Positions 1-11,477 of a DNA stretch of 64,000 bases are shown here, one piece after another. Under the pieces are notes generated by a model that was given only the letters and a program-made list of their open reading frames with translations, was not told the origin of the DNA and ran no database searches. Source of the DNA: Octopus sinensis (taxonomy: Eukaryota). The stretch covers positions 110,050,001-110,114,000 of the forward strand of contig NC_043002.1 in the NCBI RefSeq assembly GCF_006345805.1, given 5' to 3'. The position numbers and the translations under genes were made by a program. The stretch's first letter is position 1. Each line of letters opens with the position of its first letter.

Positions 1-1
1 T

Positions 2-655
2 GAATACATAAACAAGTGCCTGTCCAACAGAGATTGCATCATCCACACTCTCAACAGTGCGCCTTTAAATATGGTTTCTGATTATAAATATCTTGGGTCA
101 TACATATCATCATCTGGAAAAGACTTTCTAACTAGAAAGGGTATGGCCTGGTCAGCCTGTAATGACATGCATAAGATCTGGTCATCAAATCTAAGTAGAG
201 ACTTCAAACTTGAAATATTCAAAGCCACAGTCGAACCAATTCTACTATATGGCTCAGAAACCTGGACGTTATCAAAGAAGCTTGAGAGGCGGTTGGATGG
301 AACCTACACTTGCCTCCTTATGAGAGCTCGAAATCTCTCGTGGAAGCACCATCCAACCAAAATGCAAATATATGGGAAATTACCACCTGTGTCATCTCTT
401 GTGAAAGGTAGGAGAGTCCAGTTTGCTGGACATTGTTGCAGAGCTGAAAAAGAAGTAATTTCTACTCTTCTCCTCTGGAAGCCATCTACTCGCAATACCA
501 GAGGGTGCACACTCTCCTACCCTGATGTAATCTCCAGGGATACAGGCATCCAGCAACAGGACCTCCGTAATGCTATGATGGACTGTGAAGTCTGGCGTAA
601 CATAGTAAATTCCATTGTCTCGACCACGGTCGAACAATAATAATAATAATAATTG
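2..655 (+). mobile_element. 3' end of an RTE-clade non-LTR retrotransposon (RT C-terminal region plus (TAA)n tail), cut by the window edge
   Basis: Frame open from 2 to 640 with YKYLGS, LLYGSETWTL and FAGHC motifs typical of RTE ORF2; the stop runs straight into a (TAA)n tail. Confidence 0.9.
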
Positions 656-1025
656 TTGTGTTTTGGGATGGTCATTTTATTTATCACTATTTTTTTTTTT
701 GCCAAATAAACACACACTATATATTTTTTCTTTTTCTTCACTTGTTTATTACTGCTATTTTATTATTTTGATACCTGTCCATTGTCTGGAAATCTTTCAT
801 CACACATCTGTGACCTCTTCAGTGACACTTTTTGTTTCCATATGTGTTCTTGCTCCACTTACTCCATTCTGTTCTTCTAAGATGTGTATCCTTATGTGGA
901 CAATGGACAGATGTTAAAATAATAAAATGACGGTAATAAACGAGTGAAAAAAAAATATACAGTGTGTGTGTGTTTATTTGGCAATAAATAAATAAATAAA
1001 TAAAATGACCATCCTGAAATACAAG
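655..1025. mobile_element. MITE/foldback element with ~130-bp inverted arms
   Basis: 660-787 (ggatggtcattttattt...ctgtccattgtc) is the imperfect reverse complement of ~895-1020; spacer ~110 bp. Confidence 0.75.
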
Positions 1026-1289
1026 AATATCTGTTTCAACATACTCTTTCACATCAAGAATCTTGCAAAATGAATTGAGAAACGTATACAGTGGGGGGAA
1101 ATAAACATTGGTACATGTCAAAATTCTTTATTTATTTAATTTCTAATGAACATAAATGGGATATACCAATACTATATTTGTATACACATGCATAAACTAA
1201 GAATATGCAAAAGAAACTAATAAATTATAGTAACTAATGAATTTATATACAATTATAAATATTTAGGGGTGAAGGTGTCTGTTGTGGTG

Positions 1290-1990
1290 AAGTGAATGTG
1301 GGAGGGCATGAGGCTCTGAGGTGTGAGTGTTGGAAAACGCCTTCTTAAGTCTATTCACTGAAACAGTCTCTTTCCTACTATTAATGTCAATAGTGAAAAG
1401 CTTGTCAGTGTGTTGAAGAACCTGACAAGGTCCTGTGTATGGTGGTATGAGGCGGCGAGCTGGCAGAAACGTTAGCATGCCAGGCGAAATGCCTAGCCGT
1501 ATTTCGTCTGCCGTTACGTTCTGCGTTCCACCGAGGTCGACTTTGCCTTTCATCCTTTCGGGGTCGATTAAATAAGTACCAGTTATGCACTGGGGTCGAT
1601 ATAATCGACTTAATCCATTTGTCTGTCCTTCTTTGTCCCCTCTGTGGGTAGTAAAGAAATAGGTATGAGAGGGCCTCTCACAGAGTCATTGCGTAAGAAT
1701 ACATGAATCCAAGAAGCAATGTCCTTTGGGACAGCAAATTTTATGATTTCTAACCAAATGTTCATTGGTGGTAGATCAGAGAAGTGTGACTGCAATCGGT
1801 CAACATAGACGGAAAACTCTTGGATAGACATATCTGTTGGTGCCAACATCTGGCCAGGCAATAATAAGGGTACTCCATACAGCAAGAGAAGATGGAGAAG
1901 AGTATGGACTTCATGGCTTTGAATCTTTCAGGGAAATCTGATGGTTGTCAACAGATACTCAGAAAGCAAAACATGCAACTAATTGATAAT
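1290..1990 (-). mobile_element. Degenerate Gypsy/Ty3 integrase C-terminal fragment, interrupted by a SINE
   Basis: Minus-strand peptides LYGVPLLLPGQ..YVDRLQSH..HVFLRNDSVRGPL and PPYTGPCQVL..FTIDINSRKETVSVNRLKKAF resemble Gypsy integrase tails. Confidence 0.75.
1451..1650 (+). mobile_element. tRNA-derived SINE, family C (ggcggcgagctggcagaaacgttag...)
   Basis: Homologous to 45806-46036 and 54980-55595; Pol III A/B-box-like head. Confidence 0.8.
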
Positions 1991-2239
1991 TGAGGAAGAA
2001 AACTACCATCTGGTGTGCAAACATATGTAGGATGGACTAACTACTGATAATGCCAATCTCTTTCCCTTTTCCCAGAAGTAATAATAAATGTATGTGTGAT
2101 ATGAACAGTTTCAACAAGTTACTATTTTTCTCTAATCATTACCAATCACATCCTAATTTTAAAATCTCACAGTTCTTGGTGGTTAGGTTATAGATACACA
2201 GCATCGTAGTCAAATAAATGTTTTTCATTGTTAACTTAT

Positions 2240-2359
2240 CTACACATTGATGGCTATTCTGTAACTGGTAACCTGACCTACATCCGCATTGATAGCCCCC
2301 AATTGAATTCTTGCTGATTTGATGACAGCTACCATTTCCAGCAGATAATTCATCAATGT
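2240..2359 (-). pseudogene. Degenerate cbEGF exon (DIDELSAGNGSCHQISKNSIGGYQCGCRSGYQLQNSHQCV) with non-canonical splice sites
   Basis: Exactly 120 nt, phase 1-1 like the other exons; acceptor reads tattctaA| and donor |Ataagtt; Cys1 is TTA and Cys3 is AGC. Confidence 0.8.
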
Positions 2360-2847
2360 TTAGAATACAAAAGGATAGAAAGAAAATAAAATAATACACA
2401 GTTAAACCAAACCATGAATTGAAATTATGCACTCTCTAGAAACTGAAGATTTGAAGTAATGCAAATGCTTATCCAATGACTTCACTGTATTATGTCTTGT
2501 GCTCACAGAAGTATAGCCATCAATTTATCTGTAAAAATTGTGAGCAAGGTTAGAGAGAAAGTGTGTATATGCATCTGTCTATTGTGGATGAATATTATGC
2601 TAGGTGCATGTCTGAGTCAAACACAGAATAGATGTTTTCTCAAAGTGAGCAATGAGGAAGATATAAAATAATTATAGCTTGAAACTAAAAGAGAGAAGAA
2701 TCTTACAAAAGACAGCAATTCTTATGTGTCAAGTGAAGTGGCAGAGAAGCATTTAAAAATTAATAGGAAAACTGATGAGCCATCTCTAGAATACATGAAG
2801 TTAGGAGCAGATTTATTGTGTATTCCTCCCCCCACACAGATCATATT

Positions 2848-2918
2848 GTATATAAGTATACATACATACATACATACATACATACATACAAACATACATA
2901 CATACATACATACATACA

Positions 2919-2974
<56 letters not shown>
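2848..2974. repeat. (TACA)n followed by (TA)n microsatellite
   Basis: Directly visible tandem repeats. Confidence 0.95.
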
Positions 2975-2979
<5 letters not shown>

Positions 2980-3169
2980 TAAGGATGAGAGAATTAGATA
3001 CTAATTTAATAGTATATTTATTCAACACCAAGTGGCCTAGTGCTACGAGAAACCTGGATTATTATAATATTTTATAACATAACGTCGGATGTAATCAATT
3101 GAACCACACGCGTATTTATCGTTATGGTAAAATCTGGCGTGTGATTGAGTGGATTTCATCCAGATAGTC

Positions 3170-3247
3170 TTGGCTGACGAGCTACAAATGGATTTTTTTG
3201 TAAGTAATATTACATTTAATTCATTAATAGCGAAACAATTGTCCCAA
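3170..3247 (+). ncRNA. Type I minimal hammerhead ribozyme (Penelope pLTR type)
   Basis: ttgg-CTGACGA-gcta...tagc-GAAA-caattg-TC-ccaa: complete core, stem II, palindromic stem III (acaattgt), 4-bp stem I. Confidence 0.75.
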
Positions 3248-3398
3248 AATAATCTGTATTTTTGTTATTTTTTACTTGCCCTGTCCGTGTGAGCTAACAG
3301 TCGTACTGGCTTTCATAGGAAACATGTATTTTCGTGGTTGAAACCTTTTGGATTAACTGGTGCTAGAGTGAGCAATATAGTGACCACTCTCTTATATT

Positions 3399-3430
<32 letters not shown>

Positions 3431-3434
<4 letters not shown>

Positions 3435-4818
3435 GGAGTTAAACGCAGGTGTTATTCAAATTCTTTTACTTCCAACACATGTTTCAAAGATATCACTGGT
3501 ATTATTCCAAAGGAATTACCTACATTAATTCCATTCAATCATATTCTACCTTTACTAATGGAGATATGAAATCTAGTTGTAAGACTATAAACGATATCAA
3601 TTTTAATTTATACACCAATACCAAACAGAGGAAGGGAGATAACCCTTATTTAAACCCCTATTTTCGTTCTAAAGGTAAATCTATGCCTTTCAAAGATAGT
3701 TACACTAAAAATAAGGTAACTAATAGTAAAACATCCGGTTAATTATTCCTTATTGGAGGCAAATTAAATCTAATCTTCCTTAGAAGTTTTGTGAAGCTAT
3801 TATTAGGAATTTCCCAAAGAATTCTAGGTGTTACTCTATTATCAACTCACACACGGTTAGGATTGGGTTTTCCAACACAAAAAATCTCTTACAAATTATC
3901 TCCTCACATAATATTAGCCTGTTGAATAGGGATACATTTACTAATGCTAACATTAATTTAGCTAATACCATCCATCCCCCTAGAAATATTAATAACAAAG
4001 TTATTGAATCTGAAGTCATTTACAACAGAATCAAGTTTATGTCAAGTAACTCTAAAATTAAAAATTCTATATACCAGTGTAAAATTACTTCTGGTAATGA
4101 AGTATTTTTTTTATATAGGCAGCTCATCTTCTCAGTTATCTAAAAGGATTTCTAATCACTACTCGACATTTAGGGATAGGAATAAACGTAATGGTACAGG
4201 GCACAGTAAATTAATTTGGGATCTAAAAGACCACAATAAACAATTTAATTTAGATTGGTTGATTCTCTCAGTTTCGATACCTTATGATAAAGGCAAAGAA
4301 TTCTGTCTTCTCTGTAATTGTGAACTCTTTTTTATTCTTTTTTTCTAAAAATCCCCTTGTAAACACGGTTATAGAGTGTGCATACCGTTGTAAACATTGG
4401 CAGAAACACACCTTTAGTTCATATAAGTGATATCTATCATTATATATAATTTAAGCATTAATTTTCTTCTTACATTTCACATTCATTAGATATATCTTTA
4501 TTCAATTTACATATCATTATATACTTCTCATTTATTTAGTTTTTTTCTTTCCTTTACCCCTCCTCTTTCTATAGGCTACATCTGACGTTATATCCTGAAA
4601 CATTTTTGAAAACAAACTTAATAGCATTCAGTTAATCACTATACAAATCCATAATTTTCTGTTAAAATGTCTTATTGACGCGTTTCATTTCTTTATCTCC
4701 CTGAAGAGAAGATTACATTGTTTTACACCATTTTATTCCTTTGGAATAATGACAGCGATATCTTCGAAACATGTGTCAGAAGTAAAAGAATTTGAATAAC
4801 ACCTGCGTTTAACTCCAT
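3431..4818 (+). mobile_element. Penelope-like element fragment with GIY-YIG endonuclease remnant and ~70-bp inverted ends
   Basis: IYQCKIT..FFYIGSSSSQLSKRISNHYSTFR..SKLIWDLK..CLLCNCE (frameshifted); 3431-3498 is the reverse complement of ~4750-4818. Confidence 0.85.
4694..4784 (+). ncRNA. Hammerhead ribozyme motif with weakened stem I
   Basis: CTGAAGA(4701-4707)-gaagat...atcttc-GAAA-catgtg-TC(4776-4777); stem I has two mismatches. Confidence 0.6.
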
Positions 4819-5059
4819 TTATTTATTTATATATATTATACAAAATGTGTCATGTAAACCCAGAGTTTCTACCTTTAAAACCAAGGAGTTACACCCTCTT
4901 TACTTGTGTGATTTTTTACTACCCTGGTAACTATTTATCTATTTTTTTCCATGTTAATTGTTAACAAGGGAAAAATACACACATCTATATATATATATAT
5001 CTATATATATATATTTATAATTGTGTGTGTATATATATATTAATGTGTGTATATATAAA

Positions 5060-5109
<50 letters not shown>

Positions 5110-5559
5110 CACATGTGTGCATTTGAATACACATACAAATACATATACTTATGTAAATATAATGCAAGTTACAGATGACAGTAGAATGCTGAACTATTGG
5201 GAATGATTTAGAAGTCTACATTAAGGAGTATGAGTGTGTCACCAAAATCCTAAGACTCACTGTACTATACATACAGCTTACATCATCATACATATGTGTG
5301 CATGTATGTATGGTATGCATACATAAATATATACATGCACACACACACACATGCATGCATGCACACAGACACACACACACATACATATCTACATACATAG
5401 CACAGCACAGACTAATTTTGTTATCAACAATGAAAACTCTGACTTATCAGAAAACTATAAGGTCATTGCCTACCTTAATACTGTGCATTGATTTTAGAGA
5501 AGCTGTCTTATCCAATTTCTCCAGGACCATTGCAAGTCCAACATGGTAGCAAGTCAGGA

Positions 5560-6060
5560 ATAGTCAAAAGGTAAGTAGGGAGTGTGGAGTTGTCAAATAA
5601 CTTTCAATAGATATAGCTGTGCTGTCTGATATAAGAAATCAATGCAAAGACTTTGAGACAATATGATTTGAATACAGAAAGGCATGTGATTTCATTCCTC
5701 ACTCATAGTTACTGTAATCACTGCAAATGTTAAAAGTACTTACTATCCTAGACGCTGTCATTGAAAGGCTCAGAAAGATGTTGTAACAGAAAGTGGAATG
5801 ATTGTCTTCAACGTTATAAATATTCTAAAAAATTCTAAGGAGACAGTTTGTCTTTGCTTCTGTTTATTTTGACATGAAATCCATTGTTGTTTCTTTTAGA
5901 AAATCTAGTGGCTATATGCTAGGGTTTACAAGAGCAAGAAATTCTAATGTAACCCATAATTTTTTTGTGGATGATCTAAAGATCTATACCCAAAATATTT
6001 ATGATGTTGATAGATTTTGTAAGATTTTCAGCTGATATAGGAATGGAATTCTCTATCTCT
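5560..6060 (+). mobile_element. Degenerate non-LTR reverse transcriptase fragment (R4/Dong-like)
   Basis: Remnant motifs EYRKACDFIP, GDSLSLLLF and FFVDDLKIY, with stops and frameshifts. Confidence 0.55.
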
Positions 6061-6151
6061 CCTGTTCCATGTGAGTGCTACAAATACCTTTCACAAAACC
6101 CTATTATGCAAAGATACTGTGAAAAAAGGTGAAATAATTGAAGAATGATAT

Positions 6152-6561
6152 TACTCTTTTACTCTTTTACTTGTTTCAGTCATTTGACTGCAGTCATGCT
6201 GGAGCACCGCCTTTAGTCGAGCAAATCGACCCCGGGACTTATTCTTTGTAAGCCCAATACTTATTCTATCGGTCTCTTTTGCCGAACCGCTAAGTGACGG
6301 GGACATAAACACACCAGCATCGCTTGTCAAGCAATGCTAGGGGGACAAACACAGACACACAAACACACACACATACATATATATATATACATATATACGA
6401 CGGGCTTCTTTCAGTTTCCGTCTACCAAATCCACTCACAAGGCATTGGTCGGCCCGGGCTATAGCAGAAGACACTTGCCCAAGATGCCACGCAGTTGGAC
6501 TGAACCTGGAACCATGTGGCTGGTTAGCAAGCTACTTACCACACAGCCACTCCTGCGCCTA
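6152..6561 (-). mobile_element. tRNA-head SINE, family A
   Basis: Head taggcgcaggagtggctgtgtgg..B-box on minus strand, internal (CA/TA)n, (gagtaaaa)n tail; ~20 copies in the window. Confidence 0.9.
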
Positions 6562-6871
6562 TATATCAAACTTTAAAAAATATGTCAGTTAGAGCTTTCT
6601 GCTTACAGCAGACCATATGTCACAATGCATCTGCAGTACTAGTGCTGGCACCAGCATTTGGGATATTCAACAAGTTTCAAGAGAAAGTTCTCTCTATAGA
6701 TATTAAACCCACAAAATCCTAGCATCAAGTGAAAGTTTCCAAACAAATAATAATATTGAAAGGCTCCTTCACAGAAGATTAGTGTGGGGAAAAGATATTT
6801 CAGATCATTCCAGGTAGTCTTTTAGTGCCATTTAGTAGTACTCTGACAATATCTGATGCATAAATAAGTGA

Positions 6872-7161
6872 TCACGTGATCACGTGACCAACCAGACCAT
6901 CAGATGTTGTTACACATCGCTGGTCACAATGCGTTCGCATTGTTTTAGCCTTCGAATGATGCCACTCCGCTGGCTAAGCGAGCAGGCCGACAGAATAAAG
7001 AGTGGGAGAAAGAGTGGTGAAAGAGTACAGCAGGGATCACCTTGTGGTGCTTTTAGGTGTTTTCGCTCAATAAGCACACACAACGCCCGGTCTGGGAATC
7101 GAAACCGCGATCCTGCGACCGCGAGTCCGCTGCCCTAACCATTAGGCCATTGCGCCTCTAC
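6872..7161 (-). mobile_element. tRNA(Arg)-like SINE, family B, with alternative 3' tail
   Basis: Head and core match family B, but the tail (6872-6995) differs from the other five copies. Confidence 0.8.
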
Positions 7162-7335
7162 GCATAAATAAGTAGCATAAATAAATAGTGATTACATAAT
7201 TGAAAGTAAAGAGGACAATTTCCTACAAGCTGGTATTGAACTTCTCTTTCCTATGACTTTCCATGTGACCCCAGAATTACCTTCTGGAAAAAAAAAAACG
7301 GTCATAAATGGGTATATTTCCAATAAAATTAAGAA

Positions 7336-7497
7336 TGGCATAGGAGTGGTTGTGTGGTAAGTAACTTGCTTAAGAACCACATGGTTCTGGGTTCAGTCCC
7401 ACTGCGTGGCACCTTGGGCAAGTGTCTTCTACTATAGCCTTGGGCCGACCAAAGCCTTGTGAGTGGATTTGGTAGACGGAAACTGAAAGAAGCCCAT

Positions 7498-7534
<37 letters not shown>

Positions 7535-7735
7535 ATATGTTTGTGTGTCTGTGTTGGTTCCCCCCCCCCCAACATCGCTTGACAACTGATGCTGGTGTGT
7601 TTACATCCCTGTAACTTAGTGGTTCGGTAAAAGAGACTGATAGAATAAGTACTAGGCTTACAAAGAATAAGTCCTGGGGTCGATTTGCTCGACTAAAGGT
7701 GGTGCTCCAGCATGGTCAGCATGGTCACAGACTGA
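7336..7735 (+). mobile_element. SINE family A
   Basis: Homology to 6152-6561. Confidence 0.85.
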
Positions 7736-7988
7736 GAAGTAAATCTTATGTAGTTATAAAGATCAGCTACCCTATAGATGTGAACATGCCTTTCAAATTC
7801 AGTAAGAAAGACAATATCCATAAATAATTGCTTTGACATCTACAGCTCCCTAACTCCAGAATATGAATTCACATTCATACCTATTGGTGAACTTAGTTAT
7901 ATTAATAGCTAAATATCAAAGTGACAGTCTTGAAAAGTTGGATTTTCCAGGCGAAAAAAGGGACCAACTGAAACACAGTTTTGAGATA

Positions 7989-8369
7989 TCTTTATATATA
8001 AAAGTGAGGTTGTGTGCTGTCTGTCTCCTATGATTTAGATTCCTAACTACTCCCACATTTTGCGGTGCAGTTTAACCAAAACCGGGTATCTTATAGTCGT
8101 GATTCATATCGAGCCCTTCTGGGTATTAGCGCGCGTCTACGATGAGTCTACGATTTAAAAAATAATTTACCATCAACTTTTCCCATTTTTAATGCATTTT
8201 TGGCATATATAAGGGAAGAAAATCTCTAAAAATTTATTATTAAATCTCAGAACGTAAAAAGCTACAGTAACACCCCCCCACCACTTTGTGGTTAGCCATA
8301 TTGAGATGGCTATTATACTTTACATCTCTAAAAATGCTTATATAGTTATTTCCCTTACAAACCTGCTAG
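7989..8369 (+). mobile_element. Non-autonomous Helitron-like element, 3' hairpin deleted
   Basis: A|TC 5' end (tctttatatataaaagtg), CTAG|T 3' end; homologous to 28034, 32967, 40053 and 50289 copies. Confidence 0.75.
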
Positions 8370-8828
8370 TAGTTAATAAGTATAACAGCAAAAATATTTA
8401 AGACTTATCTTTTATTTTTCTATCTTTTACTTGTTTCAGTCATTAGACTGTGACCATGCTGGGGCCTCATCTTGAAGAGTTTTTAGTTGAACAAATCAAC
8501 CCTAGTACGTTTTTAAAGCCTTGCACTTATTCTATTGTTCTCTTTTTCTTAATCACTAAGCTATGGGGATGTAAATAAACCAACACCAGTTATCAAGTTG
8601 TGGTGGGGAACAAACATAGACACAAAGACACACACACACACACACATATATATGTGTATATGTATATATTTAAAGGGCTAAAAACTCACTATGTGGTCAG
8701 CCATATGCTAGAAGTAGATCACCTGCAATCAAACTACAAAGAAAAGAATGTTCTCTAGAGAAAAATTCGGCGGACACCAGAACAATATGCGGGCAAGACA
8801 GATGAAAATTATATAAAAAACAAGAATT

Positions 8829-8906
8829 AATCACAGACCTAGGTTTCGCCTATTAACGAATGAATCACTTATGTAATCCTCGTCCGTAGGGCTCATCAGT
8901 ACGATC
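8829..8906 (-). ncRNA. Type I minimal hammerhead ribozyme within a Penelope-derived repeat (~8685-8990)
   Basis: Minus strand: gatcgta-CTGATGA-gcccta...taggc-GAAA-cctagg-TC-tgtgatt; 7-bp stem I (3 GU pairs), perfect palindrome ACCTAGGT. Confidence 0.8.
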
Positions 8907-9993
8907 GTTCCACAGGTAATATAATTTGTAAAACTAACCACCAGTTTTCCGTATAAAAAACAGACACGTGCTTAGTTTCACCGATTTTTATATATATGTA
9001 TAAACATACATGATGAGCTTCTTTTAGTTTCCATCTACCAAATCCACTCACAGGCTTTGGTCAACCCAAAGCTATAATAGAAGACATTTGTGCAATGTGC
9101 CACACAGTGGGGCTGAACCCACAACCATCTGGCTTGGAAGCAAACATCTTACCATCCAGCTATAGACTTGCCTATAGCTTAACATTTAACACCTCACCAT
9201 TGTTATCCTCATTCTAGTGATGGACGATGACCATCACTTCACCTACAAGTGACCACACTACCAGTACTCCACCCTCCTTCTGCTATTACCATTGCTGACT
9301 CTGCTACTACCACCAACACCACCACTACCAGCTCTCTACCATTACATTGGCTGCTGACACTGCTGCTAATGTTACTGCTAGCACTGCTTCCCCCACCAGG
9401 ACCATAACTGCTGCTGTTGCCAACACCACCACCACCTCCACCACTACTTGCATTATCATCATTATCATCACCATCACTACAAACCTAAGCAATACACTGC
9501 CACCACCATCGACAGCAGCACCCTCTCCATACAAAACTATTACTAGCTGTACTGTCACCACCACACCATTACTCTCAACAGTACTACCTCCACTATCCCT
9601 CCCACTTCATCACCACCGTTATCATCACCCATCCCCAAGATAATTCACATATTCAACAATTGTTATCATTATCGATGTTCTAAATCCATGCCTGGCAAAT
9701 AAGAAAATAAAAAAAAGAAGGGATCGGGAGGTGGTGGTAGATTACATATCAATAATATTTATCAGGGCTGTATGGGGAGAGTCTTCTACCAATCCCAGTT
9801 TCTGCTCATAAACTATTAAGGTTGTCTCCCAAGACTGCATACAGCTATTCTTACATCCTTATTTTCAGCTTCTGATAGAATTTTACACGAGGGAGATACA
9901 GAGATGCATAAAAATGGTAAAACATCATTTATTTATGTTTATTCAATGGCTTTGCTTTGTTCTTCAAATTGAAAATTATATTCCATCCACAAA

Positions 9994-10392
9994 TAGGCGC
10001 AGGAGTGGCTGTGTGGTAAGTAGCTTGCTTACCAGCCACATTGTTCCGGGTTCAGTCCCACTGCATGGCATCTTGGGCATCTTGAAGGCCGACCAATGCC
10101 TTGTGAGCGGATTTGGTGGAAGGAAACTGAAAGAAGCCTGTCGAATATATGTATATATATATATATATATATGTGTGTGTTTGTGTTTGTCCCCCTAGCA
10201 TTGCTTGACAACCGATGCTGGTGTGTTTACGTCCCCGTCACCTTGCAGTTCGGCAAAAGAGACCGATAGAATAAGTACTGGGCTTACAAAGAATAAGTCC
10301 CGGGGTCAATTTGCTCGACTAAAGGCAGTGCTCCAGCATGGCCGCAGTCAAATGACTGAAACAAGTAAAAAAGTAAAAGAGTAAAAGAGTAA
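9994..10392 (+). mobile_element. SINE family A
   Basis: Near full-length homology. Confidence 0.9.
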
Positions 10393-11477
10393 ATATACAT
10401 TTTCCCCATTGGATGGATATTTTAGAATATATTAAAATACAAATTTTATGGAAAAAATGATATGTTTTTCAGTTAGGTTGATGCTTGTGATCCTACCAGT
10501 AGTGTTACTGGTTGCGGCAGTAGTAATATTGATGATCAGGGCAAGGAATAGTACATATACTTTATGTTTCCTGACAGTAGTAGCAGAACTTGTTGTCCTT
10601 GGTTAGCTCTAAGACAGCCCTGAGTGAGCAGACCTATGACCAAAAGGGATTCCAACTGTAACTACATACTTTTTCCTATGTGTGGGGTCCCATCATTCAA
10701 TATGTTCTTTTCTGAGATTGTTGAGGTGTGATTTGAGAGAAATTTGATTACTATTGTAGCAGGTCTTATGTAGAAGCTTCTTGGCTTACATGGTTTATTC
10801 AATGGCCATGGTAAGGAATAATAGTAATAGTATTAATGGTGAATAGTACATGTTTGTTATTTTAATGTTTTTTTATTTTAGCCCCAAATCGGATGCCTAG
10901 TTTGAAAACCACTATGTGACCTTTGGGTTTCTTTAGAAGAGTTACAAGCATTCAGACCAAATCTATGATCTGAAGATACTTTGACATTTTGATTTACTAC
11001 TTCTGATTGCAGTAATCCAAGAATGAAAATTTCTGCTTCTCATTCTCCACCCTACCTGTCTTGAAGGCCTTACAAAAGGTAACGAGTATTGTCTGTTCCT
11101 CCTTGGAGACTATAACAAAATAGAAAAATGTTTTGGTGATGTGCACTTAATTTATTAAGTTTTACTTTCATATAATCATTGTTGTTTAGTACCAGACCAA
11201 CTTTGTTCCAATACATTTATGATCAAAGATACTCCAGTCATGACCATCCCATCTTTGCAGGGTATGTGAGATTATATTATCTCATTCGGATAGGATTTGC
11301 TTTTGGAGTAAATTTTGTGGTTATTTTTAGCAGATTGACTAATTGTGTAGAGGATCTTTTGTTGTCTCATTTGAAATGATTATGATGGAAAGGCTGAGTG
11401 GTCAAATTACTGACCTACAGAGGCCATGTGTTCAAGCAGAAGGTACTGCATTGAACTACTACCACATACACACATAT

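Noticed and set aside
1088-1140. Tc1-like terminal repeat start (TACAGTGGGGGGAAATAA)
   Set aside because: No matching second TIR or transposase found; too short to call.
6334-6576. Recurrent MLGGQTQTH / MSSNARGTN ORFs (more than 15 occurrences)
   Set aside because: Incidental frames within SINE family A; no evidence of coding constraint.
9325-9643. Thr-rich, mucin-like ORF
   Set aside because: Degenerate (CAC/CAT/ACT)n simple repeat with no splice signals or start context.
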